This document shows positions 1 through 13,804 of a DNA stretch of 64,000 bases, in pieces. The notes under the pieces were generated by a model. It was not told the DNA's origin, did not search any database, and worked only from the letters and a program-made list of their open reading frames with translations. Both the position numbers and the translations under genes were made by a program. Source of the DNA: Stylophora pistillata (lineage: Eukaryota); assembly GCF_002571385.2 (NCBI RefSeq), contig NW_019217784.1:1782912-1846911 (forward strand), given 5' to 3'. Positions within the stretch are counted from its first letter, which is position 1. Each line of letters opens with the position of its first letter.

Positions 1-748
1 TTTACCTTTTACCTTTAAGACTATTTCACTAAATTTCACGAGGTTTCCGTATAAATATAAAATGACGCCAACAGTGTTTTGAGTAATCTACGTCACAATG
101 GGAGTGACCGCTGACCGAAGATAAGTTGGCCGTGATTACGAAAATTAATGGCGGAACGGTTTTCAAATCGTAATTTCTCGCCCTAGAATTGACTTTCAAC
201 TAAAATTATTATTGAAAAGGCTTTATTAATCGCTAAAAATTCATATTATAATGAAATAACTGAATTTTTCGGGTTTTCAAATTATAGGGCGGTTTCGTAA
301 GAGTGCTCTTTTAAGCACAAATCCAATTCTATTCGGAAGCAAGAGATGTTCCCGATTGTGCTGGTCGATGATCGTTTGGTCTGGATTTCTTTAACATCTC
401 GATCGCTTAAGCATGGATTGGAAAGATAGGGCCGCTTGGCGGGTTGCTACTGTGTTCCCAGCGATCAGATCGGTTGATTATTCAATTGGGAGGTTGAAGT
501 TTCTTTATTTGCACCGACATCCTTGCTTTTAGTCCCGTGTTACAAATTGCACAGTTTTAACCTCCCAAGAAAATAACCGTATGATCTGATTTGGATCGCA
601 AGAGAGCATATTAACCGAGTCTGTTTATTAATTTGCAACAGGAAAGTTGATTTTTTATCTATTCCATCTGCTATGGGACACAGTCCCCAGGGACTCGTTG
701 ATGTCTCGCTAAATGACTGGCTTGTGAAAATGTCTTGTGGCATTTCTC

Positions 749-3700
749 TCAGTTGAATGGCTTCTCGCCAGTGTGAGTACGTATGTGGTTATTTAAGGTG
801 GTAGCCCCTGAGAAAGAGCGCGAACAGAACCCGCACTTAAACAACTTTTCATTGGTATGCGTGTCCACGTGACTTCTGAGTTCTGTCGGCGTCCCATATG
901 AAAGCGTACACTGGCCGCACTGATACGGTTTATCAGGGGTCTGGGAACACTCATGCATTTGAAGAAGAACCCGCTGAGTGAAAGTCTTTAAGCACTGCCG
1001 GCACCTCCACATGCCAAATTCGTCCGGAGACAGAGAGATTCCTGATATGTTAGTTCCTGAGTATTCATGATGTTGGGGCGTGTGGAGAAGTGGGGGTATG
1101 ACTGGACGAAGCGCAGGCATTACACACTTCGCTGCTTCTCCGTTCCGCTTGAGAGCTTGTCCTTCACTTGTGCGTGGAAAATTTTGTTGATCATCTGGAA
1201 AAGTCATAGTTTTGGCGTTGCTATCTTAAGATTTATATCAACAAGCGGCATGCCAATACGTTAACCCATAAGAGGTTATGTTCCAGCCTAACAAGCTTTA
1301 AAATACGACCCTTGAAAAAAGGACTCATTTCATGGAAATATTTGAATGCGTCGAAAGCAAATGAAAGCCTCTATGAAACGCGTCGGCCTGCAAATAACGG
1401 GTTACATGCTAAGGACTTTCATAAACAAGCCTAATTTTATTAAATCGACCCTGTGTGGAAGCTTTCTTTTTAAAGTGAATAAATTTAGTACTCACTATCG
1501 AAGAATTGTAAGGGCGGCATTTCACGCAAAGCGTTTATTTTCGGTGGCAGTCTTCTTTCGTGATTAGACAAGGAATCCTCATCTCTTTGCTGTTCCCAAT
1601 GTTTATCAGACAAATATCCTCGGGTTGAATTTTCAGTTTTCAAAACTTTTTCTCGCGAGTCCTTGTTCCTTAATTGCAATGAATAAAAATTGTCATCATT
1701 GGACGTAGGCATTTGCAAAAGATTCCTGGAAAATTGTCTGTCAACTGTCGTCGTTGCAGTTAAATCTGTCTTAACCATTATACTTTCAACCGAACTTGCA
1801 GCCATGCTGGGGCTACCTCTATTTCCAGAAGTGCCAAGCTTGTCTCGAGGGAAAACATTACCCAAACTACTCGCGGGGCGCACGAAGCGTGGAGCTGGCT
1901 CACGTGGTGAAGGGAATCTAAAATTACCCATATTAGGATTATCACGTGATTCTTGAAATCCGCAGGTTTTTGAAAATCGTGCCATTGGGTCGACAAACGA
2001 ACTGGCGGGACTGCTGACCGGAGAGCTTTGAGCATTGGAAGATGGCACTGTGAAATAAAAAAGGAGAGATAAACGTAACATCTCAGTCAGGCGGTCTTAA
2101 TTTACAAGCAATGTGAGAGTTTGTAATGGGGTTCTCATTCTGAGGAATCAAGAATTCTTAGCATATTTCAAAAGGCCATTAAGAGAAGGTTGGGTTACTC
2201 AGAACAGATAAAACACTTGAAAGTTATGCTTGGTGGCTTCGATTTACACACTAACTCTTGGTCGCTGATTTAAAAATATGACAATAAGATATAGGGGTAA
2301 CTTCTCCATTTATTATACTGCTTACATATTTCCTTTTTAATTGTTAGTTTGACTAACTCGAAACAAAACCTTGCAAATTATTCTCAACTGAAACGTTAAC
2401 TAGTTCTCTTTAAACCCGATATTGAAAATAAGAAATCCTTTTTTTAGGTAAGTGGTAAAAATCAGCATTGCCTTACCAGATTCTCTGAAGAGTTCATAGT
2501 CCTGAATACCTAGAGGAATTCCAAGGAATTGTGGATATTTTTCATCATACCAGACCAGTAATTCTGTTCCTGGCGGAACCTCTTTGAACGCTCGGTAAAA
2601 AATATTGCCACAGTATTGAAAAGCGTACAGATTCTGCTCCTTCACATGACGCGCACATTGAATAAATCGCATCCAACTGGACTTGTGTTCATCGCGTCCG
2701 TCAATATAGTGACTTAGTCGGCCATCTTTGTAGATCTATAAAGCAAGAATCTGAATATTCAACATCTCACTGCGTCAGGTTGCGCAGGTGTAGCGAGGCA
2801 AGAGGACGAGGGGCAACTTGACCGTGGGGTTAAGATACTAGACGCGCTCCAAGTTCAACTCCCTGCCCCCTCCTCCCTGTAACTTACTGGGTTACCACAC
2901 TATGAATTATTTCCAAGTCCTAAAAAAAACCTTAATCATTTCTCTCCCAACATATTGATAACAATTTTCCGGAATTAGATCTCTAAAGAAATCCTAAATC
3001 TTTTAAATCTTTTATATGGAGTCAGTATATCTATTTCCTTGAAATATGTTGATAGTCATAATGTTATGCTCAAAATAAACGCACAATTTTGATTAATTTG
3101 TTTTGGATAAACAATATATCCACAACATGAACTTTAAGACACCTGTCATACCATATCAGATATTTATAGGAAGATATATATTTAGAATATTTTACCTATT
3201 TATAATTGTTCTCTGAATTATTTTTCAAGTTATATATGGCTCAAAATATATTTACAGACATATAGATTTAGGAACTCCGAAAAAGGAGAAAAATCTTAAA
3301 ATACTTCAAGAGGATTGGGCCCCATATTAAGAATTGAGCCCCATATTAAGGATTGCACTCCATTAGGCTTTGGTAGATTGTGCTCGAAAAAAAACCATAT
3401 TATGCTTCTAGCAGTGCTCATATTTTTTAGAAATTATGCTAAAATTATGCTACTTTCTGAAAATTATGCTCTCTGTCATCCAAATTATGCTACTTACATT
3501 TTACACTGATTTTAAGGAAAATAAAGATCATCAGTGGCTTAACTCTATCAATTTTGACTTTAATGAACATTCACATAGTCCACCTTCCAGTCTTACAGTC
3601 TTTAGCATCGCAAATACGCATGTGCGTACCTCGAAAAGCCAAATGATTAACAAATGATACAAATGATACGTTCTCTAGAGATTAAAGCTCTCGGTATGGC

Positions 3701-5948
3701 ACTGGAAGTGCTTGAAGTGGTGGAAGTGGATGTACTCGAGGACGACACCATCTTTGATTTGAGGCCTGAGGGGCCGAGCCGCCCAGCCATAAGCGTGGTG
3801 GCCTGAGTCTCAGTCTTATGCACAGGGTGACCTCTGCCGCCTGCCGGACCATATTTGACCTGGGCCTTAGCACAGACCTCAATATTTTCCAAAAACAATA
3901 CAAAAATAAAATACAAACTGAATTATTCTAGAGCTATGATGGTTTTTTTTTGTTGTTGTTGTTTTCAACGCATGAAAGCTCGGATTATGCCAGCAGTGCT
4001 AAACTGAAATAAAAGCTGAAAATAATGCTCGTTTTGCTGAATTATGCTTAAAATTATGCCAGTACTATCTACCAAAGCCTAGACTCCATATAAGAACACA
4101 CTAAATGCTGTTCAAATCTTACCTCCCATAGATATGTTGTTTCATAATTTGACGGAAAATTTCGAGCTGGCAGCCGGCTTCCCTCATATGGACCTATCCA
4201 TGTGCCCAGCGGAATGTGCTCTCTCGCGCACACTCCATAACCAGCCCCAGGAATACTTGATATACAGAGGTGCACTTCATCCGGGAATGATCGAATAGCG
4301 TTTGTGAGCCGAGGCATCTCATGGTCTGCGGTATTCTTCTGTTTTTTTGAAGACAAACCTCCTGTAATAAATAATAATGATAATTCAAACAAGGATAATG
4401 ATAATAATGATAATAATAATGATGATTTATCGACAGTATTTCTACATGGTAGCTCTACATCCGTCATACTAGCTAAAAACTAAAGACTCACAAGAAACAT
4501 TCACTATTTACATAAAGTACTCAAAAACTGTTAAAACTACATAATCTAAAATACTTTAGATACCACGAGTACCCATAACTAGGAAACCTTATCGAGACAA
4601 CTTATGAGGTCAAACGCATGTTTGTTCTGTTCTTAAGAACTGTACAACAATTATTTTTGAAAGTGTTGAAGTCTGGACATCGCCTCCCACTCGCGGGTAG
4701 GGCAGTGATTAAAGTCGATAGAATACTTGAGAGGCTGACATGACATGCGTCATAATCACGTGCCTGTCAGATGTCATGAAAAATGTAGCAGTCCGAGATC
4801 GCGTAGTGCGATGGAAGAGAGCTAGCCACGACCTTGACTACCAGAGCCTCTACACCGTGAATCGAGATCACAGCATAAACAATAAGGACATAAACAAAGT
4901 AATGGTGCCACAAATAAAGCTAGGAATCCTGTCAAACCAAATGCAGATCCCTGACATGCTTATAAAGAGCTCTTACTTACAGAATAAACAGACCACACAT
5001 GACCAAACCGCAGCATGAGAGATCATTTCTGATCTGTTTTTTACCTTCATTTCAAAAAAGGCCCCTTTCTAAAACCTTTCACCGGAGCCTAAACTCTTCT
5101 GACTCAAATGCACTCTATGGCTATTGAAAAATGTGTATTTGAAAAGAGGATCTCGAAAATGAACAGTTAATTTGTGGCCCAGATACCAATGAATAAAACT
5201 CTTTTCACAACTGTCAAAGACAAAGACGTATTATTGTCACTTGAAACCTCGAGATAAACCGGAAAACTCGCACGTTTTCCTTTTTACGCAATTTTTATTT
5301 GATGAAATTTTTGCACAGGATTTGCCGAGTTTCAAATGTTTCCACTGCATCCGAAATGTATTACCTCTGCATGAAGGAAAGTTTAAGTGAACAATACGCA
5401 CAAGGCAATATATTGGCTTGAAATTTCTGCCCATGCAAATTTTTTGTGGTAATCCTTCAGGGCAGGCGCAGAAACCTCGTAAACAAAACATTGAAAGCGG
5501 AACTTTTTAGAACAATCAAATTAATGCAATGTCGACAAAAGAGAATAACAACGTTATCAATGCTATCCTGAATATTAACATATTCGTGAACACTCTAGAC
5601 ACTTTGTGGTACGGTTTTCTTTGGAAGTAGAAACGGGCTTGTATTGCTTCATGGTAGTTTTAAGAGCTGAGTTAAATTCCCTCCTTTATCAAAAATATCA
5701 GTGATATTGTTTTTAGCGATTTTGTCAGGCGCACTCGATAAAAGATTGCTTTTACCGTCATGTTAATAAGCTATTTTCGTACCTTGTTCATCTCCGGCCT
5801 TCCGTTTCAGTTTCTGCAAATCTATAACCCTGACTTGTTGAGAACCATATAAGACTAAATTTAGAGTTCTCTCGTCGATCAGACAATAACCATTTCCTCC
5901 AGTGTAGTCCTTTGTGTTTTCTTGTTTTGGGCCGGTTTTGTCTTCCAT
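749..5948 (-). CDS. PRDM6: PRDM6-like PR/SET-domain zinc-finger protein, paralogue g1 (~563 aa to the first TGA; ~589 aa if read through to TAG at 671-673)
   Basis: Exons 5948-5783, 4361-4123, 2735-2477, 2047-1496 and 1224-749, all GT-AG with phases 1,0,1,1. Contains the pre-SET motif [15 protein letters not shown], the PR domain ([57 protein letters not shown]) and fingers [39 protein letters not shown], which match vertebrate PRDM6 as I recall it. Possible 5' UTR exon ends at 7377 (GTGAGT donor). AATAAA on the minus strand at 624-629. Confidence 0.9.
3364..4081. mobile_element. Non-autonomous hAT-like DNA transposon in g1 intron 2
   Basis: Terminal inverted repeats TAGGCTTTGGTAGAT / ATCTACCAAAGCCTA. 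Near-perfect 8-bp target-site duplication CACTCCAT (3356-3363) / GACTCCAT (4082-4089). Multiple AATTATGC subterminal repeats. Confidence 0.8.
4366..4735 (-). mobile_element. Probable 5'-truncated LINE 3' end with (ATT/ATC)n tail in g1 intron 1
   Basis: The minus strand has a broken frame ..SLP../[12 protein letters not shown] resembling a LINE ORF2 C-terminus, then a short UTR and a trinucleotide tail (4366-4425) abutting the exon-2 acceptor. Confidence 0.35.
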
Positions 5949-8900
5949 TTGTAACCAGCTGGTTTATGCTACGTGAGAAAGAAGCATGCACGATTTCATT
6001 ATTTAAACATTATGTTTGAACTATAACACTAAACCTCTTTTGTGTCAACGAAAGCGGACTTCAAAAGTAGACATTTTAACGCTGTATTTCATTATCAAGT
6101 GGAATGCACTGGTAAATTTTGAAAAGCAGTGAGGTTGGAAAGTTCGTTCCACTGGTTATTTTTAGAAGGTGTTTACTCATTTTGCTTTTCAGCGACACAC
6201 AAAAGGCCTTTTCTGTGTATTTTTTTAGCAGCGCATCCTACTTTTTTAAACATTAACTTATCATAGTAACTTAAGTTCAATAATTCCCTCTCAATCGTTG
6301 ACACAAACCAGATCTGCAGCGTCGAATCTGAGAGGTATTAAAATGATGATGGGTATATTTTAAGTTAAAGTATTATTTACGATGTTAGGTTAATATTTCT
6401 CCTGGGATACAAAATACAATTTTGGATCAAATACTGAACTTTGTGTTGTCTACAGTCACGTAAAGATCAAACTTGTTTCAGAACTTTACCTTTTCTTTCA
6501 CCTTGAATTGAAGTAGTAAATTACAAGTGATGCATATTGTTGAGCCTCTGTATTGAACTGGGGCTAAAACTTGGCTAGCGTTTATAACAAGTTGGCCCAA
6601 GCAGATTTGAATTGTACGTATATGTAATGATTTGATATGATCTCGATGGATTATATTTATGCAAAGAATTTCCGGAGCGCAAGATCGATGGATACACTTT
6701 CCTTTTCCGCCGTTTTTGTTCTAATGTCGAGAAAAACGTGTTGAATTATTCACTGACTCTTCTCCCTGCGTAACTTTGTTCGAATTTTTTCCTTGTTCGT
6801 TTTCTTGTGCAGTGAAAAACTAATTTTTCAAGTTTTCCCGTTTGTTTTCATGACCGCAGGCCATGAACCAAAGGTTTTTTTCAAGCCAGGCACACCACAA
6901 GTGAGAACAGGAAAAATCGTTTTAAAGCCATTCATTGTATAACAGAGCACTGTTTAACATGAGGCGTGGAGGAGATTACGAGGTTGATATCAAATGGCTG
7001 TATGTTGGCTGACCGGTTAAAGAAAGGAAGCAAACACCACGTATGTTTTTTAAGGGAACATGTCTGTGAGCGCGTCTTCTGTTTATTTTTTCTCCTGCTG
7101 ACCGCAAAATTTCTCTAAGATTTAACTGCTGCAGGCTGAATATGTCCACATGGAAGTGATGTTCAAACCACTCTGTCCCACGAGGCTTTATACCAAAGCA
7201 TGCTCACATAAATGGCGACAATATCCCGTTGATTTATTGCAGAAAACTCTTCAATGGTGGTTTGGTTTAGGTCGATGGGCTCAAAGTGCAATCTGAATGT
7301 TAATTTTGTAGAGCTCTATGTTTCTCCACTGTCTTATTTATTAAAATAAGGTCCAAGCCAGTTAAACTGTACTCACCAGAATAAAGCTATCTCTTCTCTT
7401 CGTCCTCGAAGCTGGTCATTTAGTTCGTTTTGATAGCAAAACTATGCTGCCTTCGTTAGATCTCCAGATGTGTGGAAGTACAAGGAAAACTTTCTTGTAT
7501 CACTCTTACGGGGCATAAAAAAGATAATATACCCTTAACCTTTTGTACTTCCATGCCGACAATAATTATTGTTCTCAAAAATTCCGCATTCCGGTGGCTG
7601 TGTCATGACCCGCCATGACAGTTTGGCTCAGCAGACTGCGCGTGTTTACACTTCTTTGTGCAGCTTAATTTCTTAAAATAGAAAACATTTCGGCTATAGA
7701 ATACGAAATCAAGGCCTGTTTGTAAAGTGTGGTGGCTCCTTCAACTCAAAATGCATCAAAATAAGTTATCGAAAAGTGGCGAAAACAAGCTGACTCATAG
7801 AGTGTGTATATGCAAAGTAGATTTAATTACTCACTCATTACGTGAACATGTTTATTGGCAGCTCTACAAAATATTGTTGATGGAGTACCCGGCAGAGAAA
7901 TACTAGGTTTTTATTTGTTTGTTTACTTAGAAACGAAGCTTTTCGAAGACAGTATCTAATGCTCATTCTCTCAAGTGCGTTTAAATATAGATTGAGAACT
8001 AAAAAGACCATCTACATTTTTTTTTTTTTTTTGCGACAAGTTTTTAGCTAAACCGGGATAGCGCTATATTCAAGTCTGGCAGAGAATCAAAATAAATTGT
8101 TACACATATCTACAAAGAGCCAATTCCTTCTTGGAAATTCTGAGACCGAATTGTCTGTTAATGTCGATCTTGAGTAAGAAGGCTTAACCTAACATTCCTT
8201 CGCGGCAAAAAGTACAATTCAAGGAAATTTTGAAAGAAAAATATCCTTGCACATATATCCGTGTGAGATATTTAGATCTAAATGCTCATCTTATATAGGA
8301 AACCTGGAAACGGAAAACTTGAAAAATTTCCCGAGCAATATAAGACATTCCTCATTGGAAACGGAATACGCGCCCGTGTGGGGGTTTCTGAAGTCGGACC
8401 TGTATTTGATCGCGGACAATGTATGCGGAACTTTGTACTATCCAGCAAGCAATTTATTCTGCACTATAGAAATGATTGTTTTATATAATATTACTCTCGT
8501 CTAGGCCATTACCTCATTAAGAATAACATCATTTAACCGCAACACGGAAAATCTTTGATAAATCAGAAAAAAAAGTTTGTTATTCGCGCTTGGTCACGAA
8601 AGGAGTTCCGGAGGATTTAGTAAGCCTGGTATTTACCACGACTCAAATTTTTAGTCTTTTTCCAACGGACTGGTCTTCATGAACAAGTTTCAAACGACTG
8701 AAACTGAGTGTAATATGCGTAAACGGTATATTTGAATATTTGTATATTGAACACCATGCCCGTATATTAGTTCTCAGAATTGTGAATCCTGACAACTGAA
8801 TTAGAGGCAAAACGTAAATTTCCCAGAAGTAATTCAATAGCAGTATAACTGATTGAAAGGACGGTTATCAAAGGACAGTTATGACCTTGAAATTGAATGC

Positions 8901-11900
8901 AAAACCTAGCACCTGGCATCGTTTTTTTTCGGTCGAGGCAAATGAAAGAAGCATCTTGAATTATCTGAATTTACTAGTAACTTCAGGTAGCGTGAAATAA
9001 AATCATATCTGTAAACATTTGCGCGTTTCAGTAAAACCAATTACTGCAATAGTTGGTTTTAAACTACAGTACTTAATGTTAAGAAGTTCTTAGGTATTTT
9101 TGTAACAAATAGGATCGTTGTAGTGACTGCTTGTTATGTTGGTAAAACATCGATTCACAAGTTCACCCGTGATCCGCGATCATTTGGCTCTGGGGAGCGT
9201 TTAACACTAAAGAACATTGGTAAAAAGAATGACCAATTTATGGAGGATCAAATGGAATCGTGTTGTCTGGAGAACATCTGTAAGCCTTTATTTAAACTGA
9301 AAGAATTTGTTTTGAAGCATAAGTACAACCTTGGCAGGAAAAAGTTATTTGACACTCACTGAAGGAAGCTGATACGTTTTTGATCCTTTTGAAAACAGCG
9401 CAAAGGTGAGTGCAGGCTACAATCATCACAGAAATTTGTCACATGAGTGCAGAGGCTCTGCACATGCGCCAAAAAATGGCGGGAAAAAATCTGGGTGCTT
9501 AAGTAAGATGAATATTACAAGTAACTAATACCATGCAGTAATTTTCAAACTAGACTGAACAAAAGTGTGAGCAATGATAAATGCTAGTCAATACAGAGGC
9601 AATCGGCTTCGGAAGGCTGTCTTCGTTGCGTTAATTACTATCTTTTTGTCATCCTCCTTGATGTAAATGTTACACCATTTAGTTTAGGAAAAGCGTTGAA
9701 GTTTTAAGCTACTGACAAGTACGCTTCAGCCAATAACTCTTCATTAATGATTAAAAAGGAGGATACAGATGTTTTTCGCTTGAAAACGCTGCTCCTTTGT
9801 GAACGCGTAAAGGTTTTGTTGATATTCCACCATGCAAAGCTAAGAGTCGTAAAGAACTCGCCTTAGCCATGTGCCTGACAGTTTGTCTCTGTTCGATATG
9901 GAAGAGAGGTTCCACGAGTAACAGATGGCAGAAGTCTGTACATACGATAAAAAGTGCATTAATGGAAGAATTTGCTCACTAAAAGCTGCGACAGACGGGA
10001 AATGAAAGCAAGAATACCGAATTTCAAGAGATTCTTAAGTGGCTTCCACATCTTGTTCAGCTGGCTTGCCTAGGCTTTAACTGACCCAGCAGCCAAGGTT
10101 TCAGCTTCGAGTTCCATTTTAGGACTTCGGCTTCACTCTTAGCTCATTACAAAGTATCATGTTTATAATGAATAATTAATTCAAGTGACAGGAAGTGGAA
10201 ACAAGACACGCAAAATCAACTGGAATTATAAGAATATGTTCTTGCTTTACACCACTAGTAAAACAACCCAACTGCAGTGCTAGGCAACAACCGAAGTATT
10301 ACATGCTTTTGTATTTAATTTAAGCCAATTTTATGCCATTAAATATTTTGAAATTTACACCACAGATACATACCTTGTTTTAGGTTTCATAGGAAATATC
10401 AGACCTCCACTAAGAGAGATAATCGATTCTTGTAAATTTTAGTTGAGCACTTATCGTTTAAAAGCTTTTGCTGGACACACCAACTGCTGTACGTAGGCAT
10501 ATTATATCTCCTCATATGAGGATGTTTAGCGATTTTATACGTGATCAATTTTTTGTTACATTTGATTTAAAAACTGGAGCTTATACATCGCGTGCTATAA
10601 TCCGTTTATATGCAAGGGTGATATCATTATAGAGAGTGTCAATTTTGAAACTTAACTTTCAATTTGTTAGCTCTCAGAAAAATGCCATATGGCCGTAAGA
10701 GAAACAGTCAATTTAATTGCGAAAATGTCAAACGAATTGATGGTTCGAAGACGTTGTAAAAGAAAGTTGAATTTGTTGAAACGTTAGCCTCCTTAACCCT
10801 GCTAAAAGCAAATCAGCAACGTTCGTTGACATACAAGGTACGATTAATTATCTTGACAAATTTGTGTTATTTACTTTGAAATGTCACTGAAATTTGTAAG
10901 ATTTACTATCCATTAATATTCTAGAAAAGCGTGAATTTTATTTTTGCAATTTTATGCAGGTACGACAGGGTTTTGAATTCCTTGTCATTTGTTTACATCA
11001 AAAGCATCGTGGCAATTCTGTCCCGTTTAAAAGCCATGTTGAATTCCTCTTTGAAATGGGTTTAAAAGAAAAAACAAATATTTGTCGAAGCCGTTTCTTT
11101 TGGACTGTAAAAGCATTTGAATAGGCTGTTTCCAAAATGTTTCCAATTGTTTGTCTTTTTGTTATTTTGAGCAGAAAGTATTCAAGAGTCCAGCTCACTA
11201 TTGTCAAATAAACCCCACCCTGATCTACTGCTGTCATGCATTGAAAGACCACCAGCCCAGCACGTGCGTTCAAGTGTGGTCATTCATCTTCATTCTAATG
11301 CAATTCAAAGCACAAAAATTAAAGCTGCATCTCGTTGCTACATAATTGACAAACACTATGAGAAAAAATTTTGTAGGTAATTTTTATATCTTAGCACTGC
11401 GGTTAAACTGCGGCATTTATACTTCCTTTCAAGGCTTTATTTTTGCGGTACTTTGCCACTTCGTTGTCAGATCACAGCACTTGTTGCATGTCACAAATCA
11501 ATTTAGGGGAGCTGAAAGACAAATCTTTGTTCTTCCCTCTGCGATAAACGAGTACCTCGCTGCTTGAACGCAAAACATAAATCGTCTCTTTTTTGCTGTT
11601 TTTGCAGTTTGATTGAAGCAACAGGATAGTATGTCGTGATTCGTGCACCGTACCCTTTGCTTTAGGTATTGATAACGGCTCCAAAGCGAAATACTTACTG
11701 CGGTCATTTATCTCACTTTGATGCTGAACCAGGGTGTTAAAAAAGGGTGTTAAAAATCTAACAGACTATTCTCATGTTTAAATACTTATTATTCCAGCTT
11801 TCAAGACAAGATATCGGAAGTTATTTTTCGCTCGTTTTTGAAGCTAGCCATTGATATGGCCGCCCTCATTAAATATTTATTATATTGTCTACAATGTTCC

Positions 11901-13267
11901 ACAAATGCAGAGTACTTTTAAACACCGCGAGGGTAAGAAGGATTCTTAATAGACTGTTCTTAAAATAACCACAGATTTGTGCTAGATGTAAGGAGGCCTC
12001 GTGCTCCAAATGATCTAATTGGTCGATTGAATGACCGAATTACATTCGGCAAAGTTGGTATGCATTAGATTAACAAGGCGTTTCGAGAAACACTTGCTGG
12101 TTGATTAGGCGGCGAGGAACTTGGAAGAGATCCAAGCGTTTTCGAAGGTAGGGAAAAGTAGGCCTTTTTATTCTTGATGATTACTGAAAGAAAGGGAATT
12201 ATTTCACCGTTTCGGTCATGAGGTATACGAGCAAAATGGAATAATGTGAGAGCGAGTTTTGTTCGGTTCCCTCTTGGCACAGTTTTCCATTTTGCTGCCG
12301 CCTCTTTTCTCAGGGAATTTTGTGGTGAAAAGTCAGCTCAGTTTTGCCATCATTACTGTATAATAGTTTCGACTGTTCATCATTCTCCAGTTGTTTGTCT
12401 TAAAAGTTTTTTTTTTCTATTTACTTTGCGAGCCTTCCTTTGCTTGACTCCTTTCTAATGTAAGTGGTTCTGCAGCCGTCGTAATGGTCCCTGGCCGCCT
12501 TTTGTTGACTTTCGCAAAAATCTTTAAACAAAAACGTCACCAAAAACAAAGAATACACCAGCCCCATTATGTTGGATTAGTGAAAACTATTTCTGTGCGC
12601 ATAAATCGTATTTTGACTTGGAATTGTCATTGAAACATGCACATCGGAGTGTTAGGAGAGACATGAGACCAGTCAGTGACTGAGGTGTCAATGGAAGCTC
12701 TCTCGTAAGCTGTTCAATATAAACTATTGTATCCATGAATTGAAAAAGACTTTCGCTCTTGTCTTTTTCATTTCGTAATCGATTAAATACCGCTTGTTGG
12801 TTTGACGATTTTAGTTCAAATTTTGGGATTTTTCTTTTCCGCAGGACGAAATAAAGAGCTGAATTGTGCGTTTAAAAAATTAACTTTTAACAGAAACAGT
12901 GACACATTTAAGTTTTAACGTCATTCGTCATCATTTCAAGCAATGACGCTTTCCTTGAGCCATTTCATTCTAAAGATGGGCAAACTTACCAGCTGGTAAC
13001 TGACAATTACGTTACTAACTCAAATCATACGCCGTTAATTTTGGGTCATTAAACTCGTTATCTTATCGAAATTATATTTCAGTTTTGAGGAACTGGACTC
13101 TGATAACTTTTTTTACGCCCAACGGTTAAAATTTGTCAGTTTTTACGCCTAACGACAAAATTTTTGCCCTTTTACGGCTAACGGTTAGCCCCATTGAGAC
13201 CCTCTTCTTGTGATGCATACGATTTTCAACGTTCATGAAAACATCAAGCATTTGACCAATTTGAGAT

Positions 13268-13750
13268 GGATGTTACTAAAATTGGTAACGGGGAACGGGG
13301 AACGGGGAACGAGGAACGGGGAACGGGGAACGGGGAACGGGGAACGGGGAACGGGGAACGGCGAACGGGGAACGGCGAACGGGGAACGGGGAACGGGGAA
13401 CGGGGAACGGGGAACGGGGAACGGGGAACGGGGAACGGGGAACGGGGAACGGGGAACGGGGAACGGGGAACGGGGNNNNNNNNNNNNNNNNNNNNNNNNN
13501 NNNNNNNNNNNNNNNNNNNNNNNNNNNNNNNNNNNNNNNNNNNNNNNNNNNNNNNNNNNNNNTCCCCGTTCCCCGTTCCCCGTTCCCCGTTCCCCGTTCC
13601 CCGTTCCCCGTTCCCCGTTCCCCGTTCCCCGTTCCCCGTTCCCCGTTCCCCGTTCCCCGTTCCCCGTTCCCCGTTCCCCGTTCCCCGTTCCCCGTTCCTC
13701 GTTCCCCGTTCCCCGTTCCCCGTTCCCCGTTCCCAGTTTTAGTAACATCC
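13268..13750. mobile_element. Foldback/Mutator-like palindromic element built of inverted (GGGGAAC)n arrays
   Basis: Termini GGATGTTACTAAAA / TTTTAGTAACATCC. (GGGGAAC)n left arm and (GTTCCCC)n right arm either side of an N-gap. Perfect 9-bp TSD ATTTGAGAT at 13259-13267 and 13751-13759. Confidence 0.8.
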
Positions 13751-13804
13751 ATTTGAGATCGAGTTTCAATTAGCCTTAATTAAGCATCTTGCGAAACCGA
13801 CTAA

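Noticed and set aside
40-100. Possible SECIS for the g1 TGA (minus strand GTGAC..AAAA..GGAA)
   Set aside because: Helix II pairs poorly by eye and the site lies beyond several AATAAA signals; not supportable without SECISearch.
1690-1956. Antisense and alternate-frame ORFs overlapping PRDM exons (also 21488-21829, 34883-35431, 59075-59539)
   Set aside because: Shadows of the real coding exons with no independent motifs.
2780-2870. tRNA-like A/B-box fragments (also near 23520 and 47245)
   Set aside because: No cloverleaf can be built; at most decayed SINE heads.
13210-13773. ORFs with GTGNGER / PRSPFPV repeats
   Set aside because: These are translations of the GGGGAAC heptamer array and an N-gap, not proteins.
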